Shown: piece after piece, positions 1-8,853 of the stretch
How positions within the stretch are numbered: position 1 is the first letter of the stretch
How the letters are laid out: each line of letters starts with the position of its first letter
IMG/VR virus record: IMGVR_UViG_3300020576_005257
Coordinates: 64,001 to 128,000 of that record
DNA from: a virus
Lineage: Duplodnaviria > Caudoviricetes
Length of the DNA: 64,000 nucleotides
Reading direction: 5' to 3' (one strand)
Translations under genes and position numbers: made by a program
The notes under the pieces: model-generated
Told to the model about the DNA's origin: nothing
Database searches by the model: none
Seen by the model: only the letters and a program-made list of their open reading frames with translations

Positions 1-21
1 GCTGCTTTAGATCATTTCAAC

Positions 22-390
22 ATGTTTGAAAATCTTAATATAGTATTAAATAGAAATCTGGAAGATCATCCTTATAATCCAAAAGGAAGACTACAAACTC
101 AAGAAGAAGCTGTAGCCAAAGACAAGGAAATTGAAGATATGTTAATTCATAAAAACATTCCTTCAGTCAAGATGGCACCTATGCCTATTCAAGATACTAT
201 TGAAAATATTACCCAACTAGCATTATATACCAAATATACTGAACCAGGTAAAAGTTATTATGGTATTTACTATGAACAAGCTGGACAGAAACTATTTACT
301 GATTTCACAAATGATAAAAACAATTTGGATTTCTTAATTGAATCAGCTCCCGAAGATTTTAAAATGAAGGTACAAGAGTGGCTAAAATAA
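22..390 (+). CDS. C-terminal part of a probable NadR/AAA_28-like P-loop protein (likely truncated by the window edge)
   Basis: Segment YNPKGRLQTQEEAVAKDKEIEDML resembles the C-terminus of phage AAA_28 proteins; P-loop not in window. Confidence 0.35.
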   Translation: MFENLNIVLNRNLEDHPYNPKGRLQTQEEAVAKDKEIEDMLIHKNIPSVKMAPMPIQDTIENITQLALYTKYTEPGKSYYGIYYEQAGQKLFTDFTNDKNNLDFLIESAPEDFKMKVQEWLK

Positions 391-677
391 AGAAAACTTA
401 TTGGGTATTTAGCCATGAGTGGGAAGGTGGTATGTGGGAAGTATCTGCTGTTTCTACTAATAAAGAAAAGATTGCTAAAATTATACATAATAGAATTCTT
501 GAAGAACTTCAAAGTACCTATTATGATTTTAGTACATCCCAGAAAAAGAAAATTAGAGATCAATTAAACTTAGGTGAAGTAGAAAAAGCTTTAGAATTAT
601 TTATTCAATTTCAATTTGACAATGAGGTTGATTTTGATAACCAATATATAATTAGATTTGAATCATTTACGGAATGA
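378..677 (+). CDS. hypothetical protein
   Basis: 99-aa ORF overlapping both neighbours. Confidence 0.6.
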   Translation: MAKIKKTYWVFSHEWEGGMWEVSAVSTNKEKIAKIIHNRILEELQSTYYDFSTSQKKKIRDQLNLGEVEKALELFIQFQFDNEVDFDNQYIIRFESFTE

Positions 678-928
678 AAACAATATACTTTCCAGTTTTT
701 AGGCCACCTTCAGTTTCAAAAACTAAGCCTGTATCTGTAAAAGAAAATAATGATAATTGGTTTGAGTATTATTTAAATGAACAAGCTTACTTAATCATGC
801 CCTATTTTGCCTTTGAGTTTGGTCTTGCTATAGTAGTTTCACAATATGATATTGATGAATACAGTCTTAACTCTTATTTTTCAAGAGTTTTTTATAATAC
901 TGATTATGATTATTTTGAGAAAACATAA
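674..928 (+). CDS. aromatic-rich microprotein, array member A
   Basis: WFEYY ... FYNTDYDYFE; ATGA and TAATG coupling to neighbours. Confidence 0.6.
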   Translation: MKTIYFPVFRPPSVSKTKPVSVKENNDNWFEYYLNEQAYLIMPYFAFEFGLAIVVSQYDIDEYSLNSYFSRVFYNTDYDYFEKT

Positions 929-1185
929 TGCGTATTCCTCACCTCACATCAACAAAGTTCACTGTACAAACTACTAATCTATTCTTAGTAGAATATCAAA
1001 AAAATTTTTTTCAGTATTATCTTAAAGATAATTTTTTTTTGGTGTCAGCTTATTTAGATATGATAGCTTATTATATTTCTTATAGTTATGAGATTTCAAC
1101 TACTAATCAACATTCCATGTTTATCAGATATAATAGAAAAGCTAGAAATACATATAACTCTAAATTCGAAGATTTTTCTTTATAA
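928..1185 (+). CDS. aromatic-rich microprotein, array member B
   Basis: FFQYY ... TYNSKFEDF; TAATG coupling at both ends. Confidence 0.6.
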   Translation: MRIPHLTSTKFTVQTTNLFLVEYQKNFFQYYLKDNFFLVSAYLDMIAYYISYSYEISTTNQHSMFIRYNRKARNTYNSKFEDFSL

Positions 1186-1406
1186 TGACTCTTACTTTTG
1201 TATCTTATCATAAATCTGTTAGTCCTGGGTATAAATATCAATACACTTTTCCACAAAAACTGTATACATTTGATAGCTATGATTTAAGTTTTTTTATTGA
1301 TTTAGAAGTTAGACACAAATTTGATCCCCTAATAATTAGTTCAATTGTATATAGACCTTTATTTGAAGAAATGAGTTCTAATGATTGTGGTGGTAAAGAT
1401 GTTTGA
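1185..1406 (+). CDS. aromatic-rich microprotein, array member C
   Basis: TFVSYH ... KYQYT ... VYRPLFEEM. Confidence 0.6.
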   Translation: MTLTFVSYHKSVSPGYKYQYTFPQKLYTFDSYDLSFFIDLEVRHKFDPLIISSIVYRPLFEEMSSNDCGGKDV

Positions 1407-1599
1407 GTTTACTAATTATTATGATAATGCTCCATTTGATGGGCATAGATTTCAATATAAACTCCCAACTATTGATTTTCCCTTTTTCTCTTATCATACT
1501 GACTCTAAAATATTCTTAAATTATGGAATAAAAGAGCATACCCGCATTACTTATAATATTCTTTTAGAATTTTTTGAGTATACAAAAGATGAATTATAG
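1399..1599 (+). CDS. aromatic-rich microprotein, array member D (start moved to ATG 1399)
   Basis: EFTNYY ... RFQYK ... TYNILLEFF; GGTGG upstream of ATG 1399. Confidence 0.6.
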   Translation: MFEFTNYYDNAPFDGHRFQYKLPTIDFPFFSYHTDSKIFLNYGIKEHTRITYNILLEFFEYTKDEL

Positions 1600-1720
1600 A
1601 ACTTATGTTAAAGTAGATAGAACACCTGCTACTACTCCACATTTTAGATATGCTTCTCCAAATGTTTTTAACTGGTATAACTCTGAACTAGAAATTTATA
1701 GGTTTGGATATTATATTTAA
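1589..1720 (+). CDS. 43-aa microprotein, array member E (not in ORF track)
   Basis: MNYRTYVKVDRTPATTPHFRYASPNVFNWYNSELEIYRFGYYI fills the gap exactly up to ATG 1721; C-terminus aligns with member G. Confidence 0.6.
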   Translation: MNYRTYVKVDRTPATTPHFRYASPNVFNWYNSELEIYRFGYYI

Positions 1721-1909
1721 ATGAAACTTAAGTTGTTCTTCGCTCATTTTGCTGTTTTTAACGATGGTCTTAGATTTAATTATTATTTTGAAGATAAGAG
1801 ATGTAAATTTGATTTATTTGTAGCAGATACACCGTGGATTCTTATAACAAGCCCACGAGAAACCAAATTTTCTTATGATTGGGAGTTTGAAGAATATCTT
1901 AACGATTAA
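1721..1909 (+). CDS. aromatic-rich microprotein, array member F
   Basis: RFNYY ... SYDWEFEEY. Confidence 0.6.
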   Translation: MKLKLFFAHFAVFNDGLRFNYYFEDKRCKFDLFVADTPWILITSPRETKFSYDWEFEEYLND

Positions 1910-1913
1910 AATA

Positions 1914-2090
1914 ATGAAGTTTCAAAAATATTATTCCCACTCTTCTCGACATTTAAGCTGTAGTTTCCAATATAACGAATTTGAAACTACAGATACTAGT
2001 CAAAGCATATGTCTTAGAAAAGGTTCACTTAAATGGAATTGGTATGACCCTAATCTTGAACTATATGAATATGCTCACTATATTGGTTAA
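1914..2090 (+). CDS. aromatic-rich microprotein, array member G (start moved to ATG 1914)
   Basis: KFQKYY ... SFQYN ... WYDPNLELY. Confidence 0.6.
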   Translation: MKFQKYYSHSSRHLSCSFQYNEFETTDTSQSICLRKGSLKWNWYDPNLELYEYAHYIG

Positions 2091-2180
2091 AAACCTTTAT
2101 CGGAAGATCAACTAAAATTTTCTTCTAAAAGAATGTTAACATACATTGGTGTGTTACATAGTTACACTTAGGTGTTGGTT

Positions 2181-2462
2181 ATGAATGTGCGTAAACTAGA
2201 TAAAACTCTACGAAACTTTAATGCTCGGAAGAACTCTTTTAATTCTACTGAGTTAATCTCAATTTTAAATTTACTTGATTTTGATATCAGGTATGATGGT
2301 GCTCACTTAGTAGCTCAAAGTGATAAATTAGCCAGAGCTAAAAATACATCTTTTCCAAATGGTACTATTACTTTTGGTTGCCATAGAACTAGTAAAGTTC
2401 TTTCACCAAGAGCATATGCTGATTTGAAGAAGGCTTTAAAAGACTTGAAAGTTATGGATTGA
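2181..2462 (+). CDS. HicA-like dsRBD-fold protein (putative mRNA interferase)
   Basis: Pattern ELISILNLLDF...DGAH...TITFGCH...LSPRAYADLKKAL matches the HicA layout (GSH-like His, second His, terminal helix); AGGTG before ATG 2181. Confidence 0.55.
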   Translation: MNVRKLDKTLRNFNARKNSFNSTELISILNLLDFDIRYDGAHLVAQSDKLARAKNTSFPNGTITFGCHRTSKVLSPRAYADLKKALKDLKVMD

Positions 2463-2471
2463 AGGATAGAT

Positions 2472-2690
2472 ATGACTCAACAAATTACATGGAAGACTAA
2501 AGGTGTTGTTCACTATAAAAAAACTGGTGAGTATTTGGTACCCACTGGCAGTGAGTTTTTTGGCTTAGAAAGCCATTTTTCTTTTATTCCAAGTAATAAC
2601 CGAAAAGTTGTTGAAATATATATTCCAGGTGCTAGTGTTACTTATTCTAGTTTTCTAGAAAAATTTGACTTAGATGTATTTGATGATTAG
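2472..2690 (+). CDS. microprotein, probable array member
   Basis: HFSF ... TYSSFLEKF; AAGGA ribosome-binding site. Confidence 0.55.
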   Translation: MTQQITWKTKGVVHYKKTGEYLVPTGSEFFGLESHFSFIPSNNRKVVEIYIPGASVTYSSFLEKFDLDVFDD

Positions 2691-2699
2691 GTAAGAATT

Positions 2700-3260
2700 A
2701 TGAGTTATATGTTTTCTGGTGCTATTGGTAATATTGACAAACAAAGAAAGAATTTCCTTCAGGTTGAGAAAGAGATAAGAGAATTATTTCTCCCTTTAGG
2801 ACATCTCTTCAAAATAAAAAATATTAAGGAAGTACATGCTCAGCTCCATACTGACTATAAAACAAAGTATGTTGAACGGCGTAGAATTCCTTTAAATGCA
2901 TCTATGTATCTAGGACCAGCTTTTGAAATAAACATAAATACTGGAGACTGGGATACTGCTATTTTTGCGGTAACGAGAGATGATTATTTAACTTATATTG
3001 AAACCATCCAAAAAAATAAAGATATAGTTGAGGAAATTAAAGAACTTATTCCAAAAGATAACTTAATCTACTTAGGTGCAAGTTATTGTGAGGTTCTTAA
3101 AAAATGTATTGAAGGAACAGTTCCCTGTCCTGTATCTAATCCTAGAAGTTTGAAAGCTTATATATATGGTAATCTTGTTCAAAAGTGCTATGATAGTGGA
3201 AATAGAAATAAAATTAATAGGGCAGTAACATTTTCTAAGGGCAGAAAAATAAGAATCTAA
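2700..3260 (+). CDS. hypothetical protein, paralogue of 4890..5594
   Basis: Shared YLGP / RDDYL / LIYL / CPVSxPRSL blocks. Confidence 0.7.
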   Translation: MSYMFSGAIGNIDKQRKNFLQVEKEIRELFLPLGHLFKIKNIKEVHAQLHTDYKTKYVERRRIPLNASMYLGPAFEININTGDWDTAIFAVTRDDYLTYIETIQKNKDIVEEIKELIPKDNLIYLGASYCEVLKKCIEGTVPCPVSNPRSLKAYIYGNLVQKCYDSGNRNKINRAVTFSKGRKIRI

Positions 3261-3503
3261 ATGAGTAGTCCTATTTTTAATTATTCTAGTTATTCTCATA
3301 TCTATGAGAATAAACGTCTTTATAAATATGAACAAGGACCTCCATTCTGGAATCTTAAATTTACTGTACAACGAATCAATATTATAGATATTCAATATTA
3401 TATTAATTTTCATATTCCATATGATTTAAATTTGGAATCTTTTCTTCCTCCTTGGAATTATTCAATTTGGTTGAATGATTATAGAAAAAAATTCAACAAC
3501 TAA
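3261..3503 (+). CDS. microprotein, probable array member
   Basis: FNYSSY ... LYKYE ... PYDLNLESF. Confidence 0.55.
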   Translation: MSSPIFNYSSYSHIYENKRLYKYEQGPPFWNLKFTVQRINIIDIQYYINFHIPYDLNLESFLPPWNYSIWLNDYRKKFNN

Positions 3504-3741
3504 AAATTTAATATCTTTTATTATGAGCACACTACAATTTTCATATGAGGCGAGCGAGTCTTATACTTATTGTAATATTCCTTGTTGGAGTCAATCTCAA
3601 CTCTCTTTTTGTAGTCTAGATAGAAATCTAGAAATGTTTAAGATGAATATTAGATATCCTTATTTTGTAGATTTGGAAGAATGGAAAGAAGCGAGATTTA
3701 TTTTGGAAGCTTTTCGACAAATTAGAAAAGGTCGTCGCTAA
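3475..3741 (+). CDS. microprotein, possible array member
   Basis: QFSYE ... LDRNLEMF. Confidence 0.5.
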   Translation: MIIEKNSTTKNLISFIMSTLQFSYEASESYTYCNIPCWSQSQLSFCSLDRNLEMFKMNIRYPYFVDLEEWKEARFILEAFRQIRKGRR

Positions 3742-3769
3742 TTTATTTTGAGTGAGTGGTTATTAATCA

Positions 3770-4888
3770 ATGAATGAATATTTAACATTTGATGACGTTT
3801 TGATGCGTCCTAATTATTGTGGTTTTGAATCTAGGAAGGATGTTTCTACTAAGACTGTTTTAGTACCTGGAAGATTGGAACTTGAAATTCCTATACTTAG
3901 TTCACCTATGGATACTATTACAGGTCCAGAGATGTGTGTTAAGATGAATGAGCTGGGTGGAATGGGAATTCTTCACCGATTCTGTTCTATTGAAGAGAAT
4001 GTTAAAATGTTTAATAGAGCACATGAGATACAATTTCAATTAAATGCCAATCATGGTGTTTTAAATATAGGTGTTTCAGTAGGTGTTAATGAGGGGCTTG
4101 ATAGAGCTACTGCTCTTTGGAAAGCTGGAGCACGAATTTTCTGTGTAGATACTGCTCATGCACATTCTAAACTTGCAGGAAGGATGGTGCATTCTTTAAG
4201 GACCGAATTTGGTGACGAGATCATTATTATAGGTGGTTCGGTTTGTACCTATGCTGGTAGTGATTATTTAGTTAGCAAGGGTGCTGATATTATCAGAGTT
4301 GGTATTGGGCCAGGTGGTTTTTGTTTAACAAGAACCCAAACAGGATTTGGTTTACCACAGTTTTCTACCTTGCAAGAATGTGCTAAGTGTTCTAAGCCTA
4401 TAATTGCAGATGGAGGCATTAAACAGCCTGGTGATGTAGTTAAGGCTCTTGGTATTGGAAGTGCCTGTGTGATGCTAGGAAGTATGCTAGCGGGCACATT
4501 AGAAACACCAGGCGAAGTTATCTATGAAAATAGAAATGGTACAAGGCTTCCAGAAGAGATTAAACAAAGGCCTATGCCACCATTACCTATTGAAACTAAT
4601 GTAGCTACTTACTATCCCTTTAAAGCTGCCAGGGGAATGGCAAGTCGCAGTGTTGTTGAAGAGATGTATGGTGAAATGCCTGATTGGAAGACTTATGAAG
4701 GAATATCAACTATGGTTCCAGCTAAAGGATCAGCTAGTGAAGTAATTCAAAACATCATTGGTGGTTTAAGATCAGGCTTAACTTATGCAGGTGCTAAGGA
4801 TCTTGAAGAACTTAGAAGAAGAGTTGACTTTGTTAAAATTACCCCAGCAGGTAGAATTGAAAGTGGAGCACATATTTTAGGAAAATAA
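3770..4888 (+). CDS. guaB: IMP dehydrogenase / GMP reductase family protein without CBS domains
   Basis: LTFDDVL, SSPMDT, GGMGILHR, catalytic loop GIGPGGFCLTR, IIADGGI, MLGSMLAG, RGMAS, GLRSGLTYAGA. Confidence 0.9.
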   Translation: MNEYLTFDDVLMRPNYCGFESRKDVSTKTVLVPGRLELEIPILSSPMDTITGPEMCVKMNELGGMGILHRFCSIEENVKMFNRAHEIQFQLNANHGVLNIGVSVGVNEGLDRATALWKAGARIFCVDTAHAHSKLAGRMVHSLRTEFGDEIIIIGGSVCTYAGSDYLVSKGADIIRVGIGPGGFCLTRTQTGFGLPQFSTLQECAKCSKPIIADGGIKQPGDVVKALGIGSACVMLGSMLAGTLETPGEVIYENRNGTRLPEEIKQRPMPPLPIETNVATYYPFKAARGMASRSVVEEMYGEMPDWKTYEGISTMVPAKGSASEVIQNIIGGLRSGLTYAGAKDLEELRRRVDFVKITPAGRIESGAHILGK

Positions 4889-4889
4889 T

Positions 4890-5594
4890 ATGGATTATAG
4901 GAATCAATTATATAGCGTACAAAAAGTATCAGATACTCTGGTGTTAGCAACACAAAAAGATGAAAACATTGAAGAGCTAAGATCTCATTTTAAGAAATTA
5001 GGTTATGAGAGAATTAGATGTTATAAAGGATTTGGTACTTTAGCAGGATCCAATTATGAGAACCAACGTAAAATTAGAATAATTCCTCCTGTTCTTGGTT
5101 ATCCAAAACCAAATGAAGACAACTGTCTTTTAGAAAACTATGTTATTCAATCTAGAGATTATGGTCATTGTCATCTTTATATTGGTCCAATTTATAGTGT
5201 AAGATTACCTTATTCTGGTGGTTCTAGAGCTACATATATGCCTTTTGGCTTTATTCTCAGAGATGATTACTTAGCTTTTCTTAAAGCAATTAATACACCA
5301 AAAAAAGATTATCAAGAAATTTTAACTATAATTCCTGACACTAAATTTATTTACTTGTGTTCTCAAATGTGTGAACAATTTGACCGTAACCATATGGGAA
5401 CTATATGCCCAGTTTCAAAACCGCGATCATTAGAGAATTTCCTTTATACAGTTCTTCTTCAAAGAATGGTTGATCATAATTACAAAATGCTCCCTAAAGG
5501 TATAACTGTAGTTAATAAAGGTGGATCCAATCTTAGAAAGGCTTTTTCTGATCCAGGAAAACAAATTGTGTCTGCAAGACAAATAAAACGATGA
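4890..5594 (+). CDS. hypothetical protein, paralogue of 2700..3260
   Basis: YIGP / RDDYL / FIYL / CPVSKPRSL. Confidence 0.7.
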   Translation: MDYRNQLYSVQKVSDTLVLATQKDENIEELRSHFKKLGYERIRCYKGFGTLAGSNYENQRKIRIIPPVLGYPKPNEDNCLLENYVIQSRDYGHCHLYIGPIYSVRLPYSGGSRATYMPFGFILRDDYLAFLKAINTPKKDYQEILTIIPDTKFIYLCSQMCEQFDRNHMGTICPVSKPRSLENFLYTVLLQRMVDHNYKMLPKGITVVNKGGSNLRKAFSDPGKQIVSARQIKR

Positions 5595-6238
5595 GAATTG
5601 TTAGCATCTCTGATCTGCATGGTAATTTAATAAACATTCCTAAATGTGATTGTTTATTAATATCTGGTGATCTTGTTCCTACAAATTGTATTAATGGTAG
5701 AGATGCTGACAGGTGGCTTAATTCTAAATTCTATGATTGGTTATCCTATATAAAAGAAGATGGAATAGATATATTTGGTGTAGCTGGGAATCATGACTTT
5801 ACATTTCAAGATCGTCCTGAAATGATTCGTCCTGACATGCCTTGGACTTATTTGGAAGATAGTGGAGTTGTTTATAAGGGGTATAATATATGGGGTACCC
5901 CATGGCAACCAACTTTTGGTGGTTGGGCATTTAATCTTGATGAATGGCAGCTAGCTGAGAAATGGAAACTAATACCAGAAGATACTCATATCTTATTGTC
6001 TCATGGTCCACCTTGGGGCATAGCTGATAGGTGTGGCAATAAACATGTTGGTAGTAATTCACTAAGGCAAACTGTAGAAGCTTTAACTAAGTTAAGAGTT
6101 ATGAGTTGTGGTCATATTCATCATGAAAGAGGAGTTTACAAACTAAATAATGGTTCTAGTGTGTTAAGTAGTTCACTAGTTAATGGTCAATACATCTTAA
6201 CTAATAAGCCTTTAGTCATAGATATTCAGGAGAAATAA
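5591..6238 (+). CDS. calcineurin-like metallophosphoesterase
   Basis: SDLHG, GD, GNHD, SHGPP and GHIH motifs. Confidence 0.9.
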   Translation: MRIVSISDLHGNLINIPKCDCLLISGDLVPTNCINGRDADRWLNSKFYDWLSYIKEDGIDIFGVAGNHDFTFQDRPEMIRPDMPWTYLEDSGVVYKGYNIWGTPWQPTFGGWAFNLDEWQLAEKWKLIPEDTHILLSHGPPWGIADRCGNKHVGSNSLRQTVEALTKLRVMSCGHIHHERGVYKLNNGSSVLSSSLVNGQYILTNKPLVIDIQEK

Positions 6239-6418
6239 ATGTTTGAAATAAGTGTAGATCAAAATAATAGGAGATTCAAGAATAAAGATAAGATTATTCT
6301 TCCAGAAGTAGAAGGTGAAGTAGTAGCATATCGAGATCCCAATACAGTAGTAATACAGACTACTGATGGATACAGATTAGAAGTTCCAGAAGATCTTTTA
6401 GAACCAGCTGATGATTAA
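6239..6418 (+). CDS. 59-aa hypothetical protein (not in ORF track)
   Basis: MFEISVDQNN...RLEVPEDLLEPADD; AGGAG site upstream; abuts the preceding stop. Confidence 0.6.
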   Translation: MFEISVDQNNRRFKNKDKIILPEVEGEVVAYRDPNTVVIQTTDGYRLEVPEDLLEPADD

Positions 6419-6650
6419 GTTTTTATTTGCATCTTCTACTTTTTTTGGGGGTTACCTTGTTTTTTTTAATAAGTTATTTCTAGGATTTGCTATAGCTAAA
6501 GACTTTAAATGGGTTATAACAGGACCTAAAGCAATTGTTACTTCATTGATTGGTTTTCATATAACTAAACAAGTTGAAAATGATATAGATGCTGTTTCCT
6601 TAGATTTTGTTTTATTCCCGATTAGGATAAATATAGGATGGTTAAAATGA
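6411..6650 (+). CDS. small hydrophobic hypothetical protein
   Basis: Hydrophobic N-terminus; overlaps neighbours. Confidence 0.5.
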   Translation: MIKFLFASSTFFGGYLVFFNKLFLGFAIAKDFKWVITGPKAIVTSLIGFHITKQVENDIDAVSLDFVLFPIRINIGWLK

Positions 6651-7132
6651 AAGAAATGATTCTAGTTTTAAATTGGGATTATGAGCCTATTTGTGTAACA
6701 ACAGAAGACTCTGAGTTTTACAAAGAATGCCTTCTTGCTAATGAAACACAGAAACAAGAAACTCTTACATTATGGAAACAACCATTAGATGAGTATTCTT
6801 TATTCTTGTATAATTATTCTATGGAAACGGTACATATATATAATCAACTTAAATACTATATATTAGAAGCATTAGATAAAAGAGATCCTATTAGAATAGC
6901 ATGGGAATCAGGTGGTATTGATGCTGTTAGACCACTTTTAGGATTTAAAACTCGCTATGACAAATATTTTGATGATACAGTTTACCGTATGTACCATGAG
7001 AAAAATAGGAATCCAAGATCTAGAGAAGACTATGTAAGATTTAGTAAATCTGTAACAGAAGATATGTTTTATAAAAATTGCTTTGGTACTCCTAGAAGCA
7101 CATATCACTTTGTTGATCTTCCTGTAAAATAA
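6638..7132 (+). CDS. hypothetical protein
   Basis: 164-aa ORF within the operon. Confidence 0.6.
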   Translation: MVKMKEMILVLNWDYEPICVTTEDSEFYKECLLANETQKQETLTLWKQPLDEYSLFLYNYSMETVHIYNQLKYYILEALDKRDPIRIAWESGGIDAVRPLLGFKTRYDKYFDDTVYRMYHEKNRNPRSREDYVRFSKSVTEDMFYKNCFGTPRSTYHFVDLPVK

Positions 7133-7135
7133 CAT

Positions 7136-7348
7136 ATGGATATCTTAGCTTTTGTTTTAACTATCCTTGGTCTTTTTCTAGCTGGAAGGAAGAGTATGTA
7201 TTGTTGGCCTGTTTGGATAGGAAGTAACATTATATGGATTGCTTATTTTATTCCTAAGAGTGAGTGGGCAGCTATAACAACTAATGCTTGTTTATTTTGT
7301 ATGAATGTCTACGGATGGTATAATTGGAAAAAAGATTTAACTAAATGA
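7136..7348 (+). CDS. short PnuC-like three-helix membrane protein
   Basis: LAGRKSMYCWPVWIGSN ... NVYGWYNWKK, typical of a PnuC three-TM repeat. Confidence 0.6.
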   Translation: MDILAFVLTILGLFLAGRKSMYCWPVWIGSNIIWIAYFIPKSEWAAITTNACLFCMNVYGWYNWKKDLTK

Positions 7349-7641
7349 AAAATTATTTTATTAAAATATTGGATAGGATAGTAAATCCTGCTCCCACCTT
7401 CCCTGCTCCTAAAAGATTTCCTGCTGTCTCGTTTACAGTCAGAGTAGGAGATCTTGTTGAAGAGGAAGTAAATTACGAAGAAGCTTTGTTAAAAGGAGCT
7501 ACTTACATAGTTGATACTCTTAGAGCTTTGGGTACAAAACAAAAACAATTGAAATGGTTAATGGGTGTTCACCCAGAAGTTTCTTATGTTAGAGAGGACT
7601 TGAAGTGTAACTACCCTTCAATTAAGATGGAAAATGAGTAA
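7345..7641 (+). CDS. hypothetical protein
   Basis: ORF overlapping both neighbours. Confidence 0.55.
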   Translation: MKNYFIKILDRIVNPAPTFPAPKRFPAVSFTVRVGDLVEEEVNYEEALLKGATYIVDTLRALGTKQKQLKWLMGVHPEVSYVREDLKCNYPSIKMENE

Positions 7642-8497
7642 AGAACCTTTAAAGAAAACAAAAGTATTAGATCTAGGTTATGTTGAGCTATGGTCAGTTA
7701 TGGGTGATGATAGTACTGTAGCTGATGCTGCAAGAACTAGCTACAGCAGTGCTCAGAAAAGAACTAATGATAGAAATCTTTTAAGATATATGTGGGCCAA
7801 TGGCCATTCATCACCCTTTGAACAAGTCATCTTTCAGTTTAAATGGAAGCTTCCTATTTTTATTGCTCGACAAGTAGTAAGACATCGTACTGCTAGACTT
7901 AATGAAATGTCTGGGAGATACTCCGAGCTACCTGAAGAGTATTATATGTACTCTGAACAAGGTTTAGCTTTACAGTCTACTACTAATAAGCAAGGGTCTG
8001 AAGATATGGGTCTTGAAGATGAGCAAGAATTCCTAGATATATTAGAAGAGCATAACAAGGCTGGATTCTCTATTTACAAAAAGCTTGTAGAAGCCGGATG
8101 CTCACTTGAACTTGCTAGATGCCATCTTCCACTTTCTACTTATACAGAGTGGGTATGGCAAATGGATCTTCATAACTTACTACACTTCTTAAATCTTAGA
8201 ATGGATTCTCATGCTCAAGCTGAAGTAAGAGCATATGCTCAAGCTATTTATGAGATGATCAAGGAGTATGTTCCTATTACTTGTGAGGCATTTGAAGATT
8301 ATAATCTTCATGCTATGAAGTTAAGTAGAATGGAAATTGATGCTCTTGTTGCGATTATTAACAACAGAGAAAATCAAGAAATCCCATTAGCTGATTATGG
8401 TCTTAGTAAAAGAGAGCAAGTAGCATTTGTTGAAAAGTTGAAGAGACTCAACTACGACTTAATTTATCCGGTACATAAACATGAAGAACAAGGATAA
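7634..8497 (+). CDS. thyX: FAD-dependent thymidylate synthase
   Basis: GHSSPFE, RHRTARLNEMSGRY (RHRx7SxR motif), LRMDSHAQAEVR. Confidence 0.95.
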   Translation: MSKEPLKKTKVLDLGYVELWSVMGDDSTVADAARTSYSSAQKRTNDRNLLRYMWANGHSSPFEQVIFQFKWKLPIFIARQVVRHRTARLNEMSGRYSELPEEYYMYSEQGLALQSTTNKQGSEDMGLEDEQEFLDILEEHNKAGFSIYKKLVEAGCSLELARCHLPLSTYTEWVWQMDLHNLLHFLNLRMDSHAQAEVRAYAQAIYEMIKEYVPITCEAFEDYNLHAMKLSRMEIDALVAIINNRENQEIPLADYGLSKREQVAFVEKLKRLNYDLIYPVHKHEEQG

Positions 8498-8852
8498 AAT
8501 CTATATTGCCCAGAATCCTGATGGTAGGATAGCTTTATTTGCTCATCCAAATGGATGCATGTATATTTGGGTATCTAAAAGTTTAAAGAGGATCCAAAGT
8601 ATATGTAATGCTTATAAACTTATGAATGATCACGAAAAGGAGTATAATCCTACTTTAATCTATAAACATACTCTTATTGAGTATATAGAAAAAATGCATG
8701 ATGTTAGATTATCTACTGGAACTATTCCTGGAAAATGTGTTGGTTATGTACATCTAAGAAGACTAGAAGCTATTGTTCTTGGCCCAAGCATAAAATCTAC
8801 TCCTTTAATAGGAACTAGATCTACACCTATTACTTTACTTGATATAAATTAA
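8481..8852 (+). CDS. hypothetical protein
   Basis: ORF within the operon. Confidence 0.55.
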   Translation: MKNKDKIYIAQNPDGRIALFAHPNGCMYIWVSKSLKRIQSICNAYKLMNDHEKEYNPTLIYKHTLIEYIEKMHDVRLSTGTIPGKCVGYVHLRRLEAIVLGPSIKSTPLIGTRSTPITLLDIN

Positions 8853-8853
8853 A

